The position numbers and the translations under genes were made by a program. A stretch of DNA of 64,000 nt from Octopus vulgaris (Eukaryota), in NCBI GenBank assembly GCA_951406725.2, contig OX597827.1, forward strand, positions 41,292,001-41,356,000, in the 5' to 3' direction. The first letter of the stretch is position 1, and each line of letters begins with the position of its first letter. Below, one piece after another: positions 1-13,640 of this stretch. Under the pieces are notes generated by a model. That model was given only the letters and a program-made list of their open reading frames with translations, was not told the origin of the DNA and made no database searches.

Positions 1-109
1 TGGCCAAAGCTATAGTAGAAGACACTTGCCCAAGGTGCCATGCAGTGGGACTGAACCTAGAATGAGGTGGTTGAAAAGCAAACTTCTTACCACACAGCCA
101 TGCCTGTGC
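1..109 (-). mobile_element. SINE family A, 5' part (cut by the window edge)
   Basis: gacacttgcccaaggtgcc..gggactgaacc..ttaccacacagcca. Confidence 0.85.
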
Positions 110-123
110 CATTTGTTTAATGT

Positions 124-396
124 AGCGATATCCAACCATTTTTGTTTTGCACCACTGGTTTCATGCATGATAATTTTTTCATGGACCAGATCACATGCAT
201 AACAAAACACAGAGTGCATAACAAAGTGTAATTTGTTATATATATAATACATACCTAATGCAAAAACACTTGGCAGATGGCAAAATTCATTAAAATAGAA
301 ATAAAGTTAAAAAATTTCTTTTTTTCACTATGGCCTAGTACGAAATGATCTATAACCTGGTACTTTTCTGTGGTCCCGTGGCTGGGGACATTCGGT
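124..396. mobile_element. Decayed hAT-Charlie-like MITE
   Basis: ccaaccattttt..actggtttcatgcatgataattttttcatggac and ggtcccgtggctggggac resemble MER1-type ends. Confidence 0.4.
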
Positions 397-887
397 CTAA
401 TGCATGAATGAACATGCACACAGTCGGAATTGTTGAACTTATTGGCTAGTTGTCCAGTAGCTTATTAACTCAAGATCATCAGCAGCTCTCCCAGGTGTGT
501 GTGCGTGTCTATAAAAATATGGCATTTGAAGATGCCCAGGTGGTAAGCAGACTGATTGAACTGTAGGTGTTGATACAAAAAAAAAATAATAATAAAAATA
601 AGGAAAAAATTCGAATGATGAAGCTTTTCTAGTTGGATCAATACAACTAACCATTGCTCTGGCTGATCTTTCGTGTTGGAAATACAGACATGTAATTACA
701 AAATTGACTTGAATTGTTGCCAAAATGACCTAATAATTGTGTCAGTGTATGGGCAAAGGATGGGTGGAGAGGGCTAGCAGAGGAATGAGTGAGTGAAGAG
801 GTGAGTTTGTGTGAACAAGTGGTGAAGGCAGTGAGGAAAATGGAACAGAATATGTAAGGAAGAAAGAGAAAGAGAATAAGAGCTCTG

Positions 888-923
<36 letters not shown>

Positions 924-1024
924 CACATACATTTCTATCACTCAGAAAAGGACAGGCAATAACTACGACCCATTTCAGGGTTTCAGAAACTGGTGGGAAG
1001 AGGAAAGTGCATGTGTGTGAAAAT

Positions 1025-1390
1025 AGTGGCTATATGGTAAGAGGTTTGCTTCCTCACCACATGGTTCCAGGTTCAGTGCCACTGTGTGCACTTTCGGCAA
1101 GTGTCTTCCACCATAGTCTCAGGCCAACCAAAACCTTGTGAGTGGATCTGGTAGATGGAAACTGAAAGAAGATGTGTGTGTGTGTGTGTCTGTGTTTGTC
1201 CCCCACACTACTTGGTAGCCGGTGTTGTGTGTTTATGTCCCTGTAACTTAGCGTTTTGGCAAAAGAGACTGATAGAATAAGGGCCAGGATTCAAAAGTAA
1301 GTCCTGGAGTTGATGTATTTGGTTAAAATTCTTCAGGGCAGTGCCCCAGCATGAGCTGCAGTCAAATGGCTGAAACGGATAAAAGATAAA
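1025..1390 (+). mobile_element. SINE family A (tRNA head, CORE-like ccttgggcaagtg block, internal microsatellite)
   Basis: Colinear with the copy at 46842-47275. Confidence 0.85.
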
Positions 1391-1624
1391 CAATCAGGTT
1401 CAGAGGAGTGACTGAGAATCTGAGTGTTTTAAATGTGATTGAATAAGAGGATGCTTATCATACATATTATGAGAGGGGAACGAACAAGAGGGAGTTAGAA
1501 CGCTTGTGCATCAATGTGTGTTTGCGTGTCTGTAAGTGACAGAGTTTTAGAAATGAAAGAGAGGATATTTTGAGAGAGGAAGAAAATGAGTGAAGCAGTG
1601 AGAATGAATGAGGAGCGCACATGT

Positions 1625-1690
<66 letters not shown>

Positions 1691-2699
1691 GGGGGGGGAG
1701 GTGATAGTGATAATGATGATTTTTGTGTGACTGAGTAAGGAGTGGAGGAAAGTTAGTTCAAACTACTATCCTATCCCCCTCAAGTGCAGTAACTGCACTA
1801 ACCACCACCCCTTAACGCTGGCACAATTAGTACTATATACCATCACTTTGGCTACAACCATTATCAGCCGGCTCCCCCCCCTCACCATCTCACTTATCTT
1901 CTTAACAGCCATCACCTCTGCTGCTATTACGACTATTAGGTTACTCAATCTTGTTTCTCCCTTACCAGCAATGTGCTTGCCTTGTGAGTGACAGGCAGCA
2001 GTGTTGTAAATACTCAAACACCCCCCTCCCCCCACACACACACACATATGAATGATTCACTCAAATTTTTGGATTCCAGTCTGAGTAAGGATCCACTTCG
2101 CTGACTGAGTTGGGATGGGGTCGGGTGGACGGGATGGAAATCCCCACCCCCCATCACCACAACCACCATTATATATCCTCCTTTTTTCTCTCTCTGATGT
2201 AAAGAAGAAAAAAAAAACTGCAGAAAAAGAACTGATGTCTTTGGAGAAATCGAAACATACTGTTATTGACAGCATGACAATCATATTATCGTATATATCG
2301 TTGTTGTCATCGTCATCACCAACCACCAACACAACCGCTGGCAGCTGTACCATCCTTTCCTTTAACAATTACAGAACTAGCAACCTACACAACAACTGCC
2401 ATCGCTTATTGCATTTACAACCAACATTGACGACTCCAACACCACTGTTGACAGCAGTCCCATTTTTAGTACCAACACTTACCCTTCTCTGTAGTGCCAT
2501 TGAGAATAGTACATTCATAGCGTTGGGAGTTGTACCAGTTACACCATCACTGTCATTCAGGTACCACCATTATTTGTACAAATACCCACTGTACACAAGT
2601 CGTACCATCATACCATTGATATCAATACAATAATACCATTCACTGTACCTTTACTCATTACCACATTACTACTGCCATTAGTAGTACCAAGAGTGGGTG

Positions 2700-2948
2700 G
2701 CAGGTCAGCAGGATGAATCATGAGATGTATTAGAGAAAACGCCTTGCATTATTATTATTTTTTTTTTCCAGCTCTTTAGGTTCTGAGTTCAATTCCTGCC
2801 AAGGTTAATTTTACTTTTCATTTCTCTGAGGTCAAGAAAATAAAGTATCTGTCAAGTATTTAGTCAATGGTATTGACTGTATTTAGTCAATGGTCTGACA
2901 TCCTCCCATTATAAATGTTGGCCTTGTGTCTAAATTAGAAATTATTAT
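2700..2948 (+). mobile_element. SINE family B (Nin/Deu-domain-like), diverged
   Basis: ttctgagttcaattcctgccaaggtt..cttttcat..aaaataaagta..ggccttgtg. Confidence 0.7.
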
Positions 2949-3157
2949 TAACACCAACACTACCAATCCATGGCAGCACAATGATACCATTCATGGTGAT
3001 ACAATCATACCATTCAGGACATGACACATACTGTTTGAAACAGTACAATGATACAATTCACAAGATTACAATCATAACTACCTTCCCACTTCTTTTATTA
3101 GTACCAACACTACTACTGACAGTAAATAACAATGTCGTTTATACCAGCAAAAGCATG

Positions 3158-3951
3158 TGGCTTTATTGACCATGCAACCTGTTGGCAGCTGTGTAGGCTG
3201 AGGCAGCGAGGGCAATTTAAATTGTATTTAGAGATGGTTTGAAAAAGATCTAAACTCATGACGTCCATGTAACTTATTATTGTTGTCAGCTAATTAGTGG
3301 GACATGATGCCAATATGACAGGCTGGTGCCCAGATAATGTTTCATTCCCCCTTCCCTGTTTTCTCTCTCTCTCTCTCTTTTTTTTTTTTTTTTTGCCACT
3401 TTTCTTTCTACTTCCTGATGATTCTTACTGTTTTCATCCTCCCCCTCTCTCTCTCATACATTTATCAGTGGGAAAATCTGTAAGGCAAACCTGTTTCTAT
3501 TTGTGGAAGGTTCAGCTAAAGTAAATTTTATAGTGTTTAGGCTCCTGCACTCATGGCCATGGCTGTTGAGCAAAATATGTTATTTGACATTGTTCCAGTT
3601 CACTCATCTGTAGATTGGTAACCCTACCTTCAGGAGGATGTTGACCTGTAAGGGTAGCATCATTTGAAAGCTAAAACAATGTGAAGTGTATTGTGACCAG
3701 TAGTGTAAAAAATTTTATCAGTTGCCAACATATATAAAGATAGACCTATTAATGTGTGTGTGGGGTGGCATTTTTAAGGTGCAGGCGTGGCTGTGTGGTA
3801 ACAAGCTTGCTTACCAACCACATGGTTCCTGGTTCAGTTCCACTGCGTGGCACCTTGGCCAAGTGTCTCCTACGATAACCTTGTGAGTGGATTTGGTAGA
3901 CGGAAACTGAAAGAAGCCCATTGTGTGTGTGTGTATGTGTACATATGTATG

Positions 3952-4036
<85 letters not shown>

Positions 4037-4827
4037 ATGGCTTTATTGACCATGCAACCTGTTGGCAGCTGTGTAGGCTGAGGCAGCGAGGGCAATTTAA
4101 ATTGTATTTAGAGATGGTTTGAAAAAGATCTAAACTCATGACGTCCATGTAACTTATTATTGTTGTCAGCTAATTAGTGGGACATGATGCCAATATGACA
4201 GGCTGGTGCCCAGATAATGTTTCATTCCCCCCTTCCCTGTTTTCTCTCTCTCTCTCTCTTTTTTTTTTTTTTTTTGCCACTTTTCTTTCTACTTCCTGAT
4301 GATTCTTACTGTTTTCATCCTCCCCCTCTCTCTCTCATACATTTATCAGTGGGAAAATCTGTAAGGCAAACCTGTTTCTATTTGTGGAGGTTCAGCTAAA
4401 GTAAATTTTATAGTGTTTAGGCTCCTGCACTCATGGCCATGGCTGTTGAGCAAAATATGTTATTTGACATTGTTCCAGTTCACTCATCTGTAGATTGGTA
4501 ACCCTACCTTCAGGAGGATGTTGACCTGTAAGGGTAGCATCATTTGAAAGCTAAAACAATGTGAAGTGTATTGTGACCAGTAGTGTAAAAAATTTTATCA
4601 GTTGCCAACATATATAAAGATAGACCTATTAATGTGTGTGTGGGGTGGCATTTTTAAGGTGCAGGCGTGGCTGTGTGGTAACAAGCTTGCTTACCAACCA
4701 CATGGTTCCTGGTTCAGTTCCACTGCGTGGCACCTTGGCCAAGTGTCTCCTACGATAACCTTGTGAGTGGATTTGGTAGACGGAAACTGAAAGAAGCCCA
4801 TTGTGTGTGTGTGTATGTGTACATATG

Positions 4828-4900
<73 letters not shown>
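3158..4900 (+). repeat. Near-perfect 880-bp tandem duplication
   Basis: 3158-4037 is repeated from 4038; the only differences seen are homopolymer/microsatellite lengths. Confidence 0.95.
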
Positions 4901-4902
<2 letters not shown>

Positions 4903-5133
4903 ATATATCTATTTATATGTTTGTGTGTCTGTATTTGTTGTCACCCACCATCGCTTGACAACTGATATTGGTGTATTTTTATGTCCATGTAACTTAGCAG
5001 TTCAGCAAAAGAGACTGATTGATTAAGTACTAGGCTTACAACTAAAAAAAAAAACGTCCTGGGGTTGATTTGTTCAGCTAGAGGTGGTGCTTCAGCATGG
5101 CCGCAGTCAAATAACTGAAACAAGTAAAAGAGT
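4657..5133 (+). mobile_element. SINE family A; its 5' half is duplicated at 3777-3930
   Basis: A box tggctgtgtgg, B box ggttcagttcc, tail gaaacaagtaaaagagt. Confidence 0.9.
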
Positions 5134-5349
5134 AATAGAAATGTGTGTGTGTGTGTGTGTGTGTGTATTTTTCTGAGGCATTGTGATACTAATAACCAGT
5201 TGCTTTAGAGTAGTAGTGTGTCGGGAGAATACAGAGGGCAATATCAAGAACAGAAGTTATGTAATTATCTTCATTAGTATCATAAACTCCAGTTCCTGTA
5301 TCATTCATTAACTTTGCGTGTGTGTGTGTAGACTGGCATTACTGTTGGT

Positions 5350-5885
5350 TTTGTGTTCTGAGTTTAGATTCTGTTGAGGTTGACTTTGCTGTTCATCCTT
5401 TTGGCGCTGATAAAATAAGTACCTGTTGAACACTGGGGCCAATGAAAATTGACTTACTACTCCCCTTCGCTAGCTGGTCTGTACCAAAATTTGAAATTAG
5501 CCGTAATAATCATCATCATCATCGTAATGGTTTCAAATTTTTCCACAAGGGCAGTTTTTGGGGGTAGGGGATGAGTTAATTACATCAACCTCCTTATTCT
5601 ACTGGTACTTAATTTATAGACCCTTGAAAAGATGAAAAGCAAAGTTGACCTTGGTGGAATTTGAACTCAGAATGTAGCGATTGGTGAAATACCACTAAAC
5701 CTGTTGTCCAGTGTGCTAACAAGTCTGCTAGCTTGCTACCTTCAATAATATTAATAGTAATAATGATGATCCTTTCTACTGAAAGCACAAGGCGTAAAAT
5801 TTGGGGGAAGGGATTAAGTCGATCACATCACTCCCAGTGTATAACTGGTACTAATTTTATGGATGCCGAAATGATGAAAGGCAAA
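5350..5885. mobile_element. Cluster of three SINE family B copies (+,-,-)
   Basis: Shared core gactttgcctttcatcctttcggggtcgataaaataagtaccag or its reverse complement. Confidence 0.8.
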
Positions 5886-5887
5886 TG

Positions 5888-6154
5888 TAGTGTACCGGCA
5901 GTTTTCTTTCCCAATGTGCCAGGGACTGGTAAAATTTCTTAGTAATATTAATCTGTACCGGAAATAATATATATAAATTGAATATAATAAAAGTTGACAA
6001 TTTTTTTTTTGTCTTGTATTTATTTTGTAAACAAATAATACAATATTACATAAACATTTTATGTTTCTTTCTTTCCTGGAAACTCGCTGCGTACCGGCAG
6101 CTGATGGCTCACGGACTGGTGCCAGTCCGTGGACCACCACTTTAAGTGGCACTG
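5888..6154. mobile_element. hAT-like MITE, one end preserved
   Basis: Terminus ccgtggaccaccactttaagtggcactg resembles Charlie-type ends. Confidence 0.5.
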
Positions 6155-6220
6155 CTGTACAACACTCATGGAAAAGAATTCAAATGTTATGTCTTATTGT
6201 ATATGATAGTGTATGAATAA

Positions 6221-6284
<64 letters not shown>

Positions 6285-6814
6285 GGGAACTGCTCTGTAG
6301 ATATGAATTTTGCATTGTAATCATGTGGTTATGAGTTCTATCTCAATGTGTGGCATGTTGGCCAACTGTTTTCTATAGTAGCCTTGGGCCAACCAATGCT
6401 TTATGATTAGAGTGGTAGAAGGAAACTGTGTGGAAGCCTGGTATGTTTGTGTCGTTTATGTTTCTTGAAATATTTAGGTAAGTGGAATAAAAAAAAGTCA
6501 TTCTTTATTTGCAAAATAAATAAGTTTTTGTGTTGTAAGAAGGCTATTTAACTGTAAAATAATTCTTCAATAATCATCAAGCCCTTACTAGCATGGGATA
6601 AATGGACATAAAATGAATTATTGTATGGGTCTGTGATGCTTTCCCTTTATTTCTTTCATCATACCAGAGTTCATTTTTTGCAGTCACTTCACCCTCTTCT
6701 ACTGACTCTATGGGTGGGGTTGAGGGTGATGGTTGAGGGTGATGACCAGTACTTTGATACAAAGCAATCTCATTAGTGGTGGCACTGTGGTAGAGTGCAC
6801 CCAATACACTCTGT

Positions 6815-6965
6815 AAGGTGGTTGGCATTAGCGCATTGGGAAGGGCATCCAGCCGTAGAAACCATGCCACAGTAGACAACTGCACTCTGGACAGCTGACC
6901 AGCTCCTGTCAAACCATCCAGCCCATGCCAGCATGGAAAACAAACGTTAAATGATGATGATGATA
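6815..6965 (+). mobile_element. RTE-tail-related repeat (diverged); similar remnants at ~22920-23010 (-), ~25150-25250 (+), ~36880-36980 (+)
   Basis: gggaagggcatccagccgtagaaac...cccatgccagcatggaaaacaaacgttaaatgatgatgat. Confidence 0.7.
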
Positions 6966-7603
6966 TGTGTTTGCACATATAATTTTGTCTGATATATACA
7001 TGCGTACACACACATACGCACACACGCAATTATGTGTGTGTGTGTAGAGAGAGGGAGTGAGAGAATAAATGAATGAATTTACTTGTCTTCACTCCTTCTT
7101 CACACACCCACATGCATACATTTTTGTATCTCTTCTCTATGTTCTCTCTCTCTCTCTCTCACTCTTTTTCATTCACTTTCTAAGTATCTTCCCTCCGTTT
7201 CTGAAGTCTCTCCATCTCTACGCCACTTATCTTTGTTCTTCCCAGTACTGCCGCTGCCACTCTGCGTGTCTGTCACCAGACACAGCTCTCTCCTGTCACA
7301 GAAGGAGAGATCCAAGGTCACTGGCAGAAATACTTCATATTAACCTATATGACATTGTCACACTGTGTGTGTGTTGTGTGTGTGTGTGTTGTGTAATGTA
7401 TGTATATGATGTAATGCATGTGTAATATATGTATGTTGTAAATAGGTGACTAATGTCTGTAATGTATATGATGGAATGTTTAATGCATATAATGTAATGT
7501 TTGTGTATAACAAATGTGATGTGTGCGTGTGTGGTTGCGTGAGAGGTATTTGTTGAATCTATGTGCGTGTAATTCAGATATGTAATAAATTTCATTAATC
7601 TGT

Positions 7604-7648
<45 letters not shown>

Positions 7649-8019
7649 CTTGTGTTGTGTGTCTGTATGTTATGAATGTGTGTGACGTGATGAGCCTGTG
7701 AAATGTATGTTATGTTGTTGTTTAAGTCCTGATCGACCCTGACTGAACAGACCCGTTATCAGAGGCATTCCGGCCATGGTCACCTCCAATCACACTCTTG
7801 GGCATTGTGAACTAGGATTGCTTTATCTGTCTTCTCTTTTTCAAACACAAGGTGTGATTTACAGGAGATTTGGCTGCTATTTCTAGCAAGTTCAACGATT
7901 GTATAGTCTCTTTTATTGTGTATTTGGTGTAAATGTGTGTGAACAATATGTGTTAGCATACACACACACACACACACATCTTTATCTAAGTCAGCATTGC
8001 TGTTCACTTGACACTTGAT

Positions 8020-8550
8020 AAATGGTAAGGTGGATGAAGAATCATGGAAGGTAGGGACGATGGCTGGTGGGAGTGACCTCGATCTGGTAATTATAGTAGT
8101 CATAGTGACGTTGGGGGCAATAGTTACGTTGTTGGTAATCGAGGTAGTTAAGGTAGTCGTGGTGATGCTGGTTCAGGTGTTAAGAGTAGGTCTGTAATTA
8201 AAGTGGTGGTGGATGCTGTGTCGAGTTAGTTGTATTTGCAGTAGTTGTGATTAAGATAGTTTTGAGGGTGCTGGTTAAGGTGATGGTGGTACTGGTGGAT
8301 GTAGTTATGGTGTTGATGGTTGAGATAGTTGTGGTGATGGTGTTACAGGTCGAGGTAGCTGTAATGGTACTGGGTGGGATAGTTGCCATTGCTAGTCTTT
8401 CATCATCATCATCATTTGAAGCAGTTTTCATTAGTCTTACTCTAATTTTTCCTCTGGCATCTTCATTAACATTGTCACTATTGCTGCTTGTATTGGCAAA
8501 GTAATTAATGTAGCATGAACTAGTGATGATGGCTATGATGATGATGATCA
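8020..8550 (+). repeat. Cryptic trinucleotide (GTN) low-complexity tract
   Basis: Degenerate gtg/gta/gtt/gat repeats that generate spurious Val- or Thr-rich ORFs. Confidence 0.75.
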
Positions 8551-9522
8551 TATTACCTTGATGTGTTAATATAAATAAAAGGTGTGTTTGTGTGTGCGCA
8601 CGCGCGCACACACACACACACACACACAACATAACATAAGGTAAACGGGGTTACAATTTTTGGACATTAGATTTCATTTAGTGAACATTAAAAACTCACA
8701 CGCATATATAGTTTTGTTTTATTGTATATGTAAAGTCTAATGTATGTATGCGATAACCAGAATTATATGTACACACCATACACACACACACACACTCTCT
8801 CTCTCTCTCTCTTTCTCTCTTTTGAAATATTGTAGTGTGGTATAGTGACATAAAAGTGTGGCACAGCAAGCATTATAGTGTATTTGAAATAGGAGTCTAG
8901 TCTAGCTTTAGTGTTTAGAATCACAGTATGGTAAAGCATATCCCAGGAGTTGCTCCAGTATCTCCTATAGATTCTACTTTCACTTTCTGTAACCTCTTGA
9001 TCAGTGATGTACAGCATGATCCAGAACAAAGTTTTAGGTGATCCGTGACATAGAAGTTTACAATCTAAAGTTAAACCAATTAAAAGTAAATTTACATGCA
9101 TCTTGATATATAATGTGTTTAAGTTAAAATTGTGAAGTACAGTGTAGCATGATGCAATTAAAATTTATATTTGGTGGCCTATCAAATTTTCCTCAGGAAT
9201 TTTGCTGACCACCTTCTCAAAAGCAGTTGTCCAATCACTGTTCTTTCTAACTAGCAGAATCATTATTAGCATGCTGAACAAAAAAATTCTCAGCACCCTT
9301 TTGGCTATCTTTATGCTCTGAGTTCTGATTCTGTTGAGATCAACTTTGCCTTTCATTTTTTGGGGGTTGGTATACAAGCCCCAAATTTTCAGACCAAAAT
9401 TTATAGCCATACAAAAAAAAAAGACAGGTCAACTTGTATACTAAGATGATTTTGGAGGACCCAAAATTCCTTGTGGAATGTTGCAGGGTTTGGAAAGATA
9501 GTAATGGTCTTGGAATGTTTAG

Positions 9523-9737
9523 CTCTTTAGCATTTGGATTACTCTGTCAAATATAATGCTTAGTTAATCAGATTGTTGAGTTAATCATGCACTATCACAT
9601 TGCTCTGAGATTTCAATGATACGATTGTTCACTTTTAGGAGAACATTGTAGGGTAGGTGTGAAAGGCTTGGTCAGGCCAGTTGGAACAATAAAACTGGTA
9701 GAATATTTTAGCTGTATATGGCTGGTTTAAAAGCTAA
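9523..9737 (+). mobile_element. Diverged copy of the 17773-17992 piggyBac-like MITE
   Basis: Colinear similarity (ctttagcatt..ctctgtcaaat..tagggtaggtgtga..tagaatattt). Confidence 0.7.
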
Positions 9738-10479
9738 CTACATGTTTACAGTATATAATACTACATCGACTTGTGTACTGGAAAAATACTGTTTATTATT
9801 TGGTTCCACCGAAAGAGTTTTCAGTACTTTCCCTTGTGTTGTATGGAGATAGAAACATTACCAATTTCTGGCTGCGATGTTCTCTGGCAAATAGTGTAAT
9901 ACTGTTGTGCTATTTACTATTTATGGGATAATGGTGAAACTTTTTTTCTCAAGCCAGTGTAAGGAAACTTGATTTTACTGTTACAAGTGCTGGCACGCAT
10001 ACACCCACACCGACCCACACACTATGAAACATCTGAACCTACTAATAAAATATACAGAATTTAGGAAGGAAAAAAAAGGTTACAGTAAAAAAGTCACCGA
10101 CTTATGATTGATTTTAATGTTTTACTTTGTTTCATTGTACTATTTAAGGTATTGAATAAAACATTTTTTTCTTTTACTTCATGTAAATGCCATTATAGAA
10201 ATTGTATACAACTTGTGTATTGTTGTCTGCTAAGTGAATTAAAATATTTACTTAATTATTTGAACCATCGTTTATAGTATTTAAATGAAATGTGACATTT
10301 TCTCCTGTGACTTCATTTCTGTTTACAAATATGCACACTGCTTTATGTATTGAGTGCTTCTTGTCCAGTTTGTAAACATGCGCTCTCATCAATTCACATG
10401 CATACACACACATGTATGTATATAGCTAAAATATGTGATAGCAAGCAAGTTTTATTCTGACAAAAATCACTAAAACAAG

Positions 10480-11520
10480 TCCGTTTCCTTTTGCGAACTC
10501 ACACAAATCTACTTTCTCCCCCCTTTCTCACGCAGTTTCTTTTTCATACATATACACTACAAACTCATTTGTATGCACACATTCTTCTTCTCTTTGATAC
10601 ACTCACACACATACATATATATATATAATCACATACACGTACAAGGCATAAACTGACATACATGTCTATCGCATAAACAGTCTTTCATACGTTTATATCT
10701 ATACTCTGTCATTCATACTCCTTCTCATGCATGGTTTCATACACTCCCGCTCTTTTCTTTCACATACATACACTCAGTTGGTCAGCTTTTCTTCAGAAAA
10801 GCTTGGGTTTTGCCTCTCTTTGTTTCCCTGCTTCCTCTCTTTCCCTCGCTTTCTATTCCAGTTTATGTTTTTTTCTAAATAAACGTCTTTCCTTCTCACA
10901 ACGAATTCTCACAACTTCTCTTTCCCCTCTCACCCACCTCACTTTATCTTTCTATTCCCTCAATCTACTCTCACTCTCCTCTTCTTTTTCAGTCTATTCT
11001 CTCTCCACTCTTCTCTCTTGACCTACTCATCCTCTTACTCTTTCCTCTCTTATATTTCTCTGCCTTCTCTTCCTCTACTCTCCTCTCTATATCCTTTTTA
11101 TTCCATTTACCTGAGTCTCATTTTTTTTTCCTACCTTGTTATCACTACTTCTGGCTCCATTCTCTTGCTGTTGCTGTCTTTACTATATTTTCTTTCTCAC
11201 TCACTTTGTCATCTATTTCTCCCCTCTTCTCATCTCTCTATCCTCCTCTATTGTCCTATAATTTGTTTTACACAGAGAGGACTTTGTAAACTATGTTCAC
11301 TCTCTTTCCTGTTTTACCCCCACCACTTTCAATGTTTTATATTCTTATTTAATATTATATCAACCCCTACATCCTCTCTTTGTTCTTGCAATCCCTTTGT
11401 TTTTGCATATTTCCTCCTCATTCACTAACTTTCCACCCCTCCCCACCTCACTCCATCCTATTTGTTTTCCAATCTTCCCAACTATACATCTCACCTTTCC
11501 ATATTTTTATGGTATATATG
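10480..11520 (+). repeat. 1-kb pyrimidine-rich low-complexity tract
   Basis: Strong C/T skew with very few G. Confidence 0.8.
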
Positions 11521-12126
11521 ACAAAAAAAAAAAAAGTATCATTTCCATTTAGTAATATTGCATCCAAGCATTGCATTTTTTTGAGGAAGGGGTAGGTTGT
11601 ACAATACTTGACTGATAGTTATTTTATTAGCCCCAGGAAGATGAAAGGCAAAAAAAAAATTAATAAGGAATTTGAACTGAATATACGAAGGGACATAACC
11701 AAATATTGTGGAGCATTTATGTCTGACACGCAAATGCTTCTGCTATCCATTTATGGATGACAGCAGCATTGTTATATTCTTCACCACTTACGGGAGTAAT
11801 ACGTGTATGTTACACTTACCTATCCACACATACACATATACACTTCAATCTTTGCTTTTCTGATCAACTACTGTCTACAAACTAATGGGAAAGGCCTCCA
11901 TATGGTCATTTGATCTGCTACAAATAACAGCTGAATTTCCCTGTTGTCCTGATGTGCTATTCCATGGATGAAATGCCTTCAGTTATAGCCAAGCTGGGAC
12001 TAGGCAACAACTAAAGCAGCCACATTCCATGAGCAAATAGTGGAGCATCCATGTGGTCGCTTGATCTATAATATTTAGCAATCATATCATACCCTGTTGT
12101 TTTTAAAATAAAAGATGGCATTTGAC

Positions 12127-12691
12127 CAATGGTTCTCAACTGGGAGCCATATAAGATTTTGTTACAATTTATATGCAATAAATTAGTTATACTTCTACAA
12201 TATATTTTAATTTTCTTATACAGTTCCTAATATTTAATTATAAAAATATGGTAATTTTTTAATATATATCATCATCATCATCATCATCATCATTTAGCGT
12301 CCGTTTTCCATGCTAGCATGGGTTGGACGGTTCAACTGGGGTCTGTGAAGCTGGAAGGCTTCATCAGGCCCATTCAGATCTGGCAGTGTTTCTACGGCTG
12401 GATGCCCTTCCTAACGCCAACCACTCCGTGAGTGTAGTGGGTGCTTTTTACGTGCCACCCGCACAGGTGCCAAACAGAGCTGGCGAACGGCCACGAACGG
12501 ATGGTGCTTTTACGTGTCACCAGCACGGGGGCCAGGCGAGGTTGGCAACGGACACAAACGGATGGTGCTTTTACGTGCCACCAACACGGGGGCCAGACAT
12601 AGCTGATATGCAGCAAATGGCTATTGCGGTCCAGTTGAATAAAATAGGGATCAAAGGGGTTCATAAGCCAAAAAATGGTTGATAGCCATTG
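12127..12691. mobile_element. hAT (Charlie-like) MITE interrupted by the RTE-tail insertion
   Basis: TIRs caatggttctcaac / gttgatagccattg; 8-bp flanks catttgac / ctttagac (6 of 8 match). Confidence 0.7.
12269..12600 (-). mobile_element. RTE 3'UTR fragment (same family as 37262-38188)
   Basis: (CAT)n tail followed by reverse complement of the 38188 end, with three ggtggcacgtaaaagcacc-type units. Confidence 0.85.
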
Positions 12692-13379
12692 CTTTAGACA
12701 ATGCAGTCATAGATATAAAGATAGGGTGGTCACAACAGTAAAATCAAAAGTGCCTTTGGTCATAGATCTTCTTGCCACTATTTCGTGTTTGGCTTATTGT
12801 ACACCCTCCTTCCTGTCACGTCTTGTAACGTCTTTGTTCTTTTCTGAAGCATTGTATTGTTTTCTGTTCCAGTGTAATGTTTCATACCTCTATGACTTGC
12901 TATGTCATCTTTACATTACATTATAATAAAAAAAAAAAGATCCTCAAAATCACATTTGAGGATTATTTGCCCTACCTTACACATTCAAAGGAAAAATTTT
13001 CTCTGCCTTACACATTTAAAAGAACACCTTGTAAAAACAGACAGGTTGTTATTCGAGGAATATGAAAAAGGAAAATTCAAAGACACACTCTCCACACTGA
13101 TAATGTATCATTGCTGATACAAAAAAAAAAAAAAGAGTATTGCTGTTGTTGTTTAACAAGGCCAGACCAGTATCAACTCTATTGAAGCAGATTGCTTGGA
13201 TTGATCTGAGGCTAAATATCAGTAACAACTGCTTTAGCTTTGTTAAAATAACATGACTATCACACAGCCTTCACTTTTTTTTCTCCCTTAAATTCATGGC
13301 CTTAAACACAATTTTGTTTATATTACTCTATGAAGCTGGCTGGTTAGGACTAACTAAAGCCAATTTTTATGAATTGTGA

Positions 13380-13640
13380 CCTTCAGGCAGCTGGAATGTT
13401 CCCAAGAGGAACCTACTTCACATGGCAACAATATTTGTGATCTCTGGTTAACAGATCTCAATGGTTGCTTCAGGATTTGTAACTTTTAAGTTGAGCAAAG
13501 CCAATACTTCCAACTTCCATGACCTATTTTAGTATTAAGTTGCCCTATGAATATATATTGTCCCATAGTCCCTGGTCTCTGAAATTCCAAACAAATTTTA
13601 ATGTAGATATGGAACTTTGCCTCTTTCTTCACATAACTGT
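13380..13640 (-). pseudogene. Highly decayed LINE AP-endonuclease fragment
   Basis: Minus strand LFGISETR motif with downstream YIFIG-like segment. Confidence 0.3.

Noticed and set aside
2115-2633. 172-aa ORF
   Set aside because: Lies in a cryptic ACC/ACT low-complexity tract with no domain and no splice support.
10040-10190. Polyadenylation signals (AATAAA followed by a T-rich tract)
   Set aside because: Expected by chance in AT-rich DNA; no upstream gene identified in the window.
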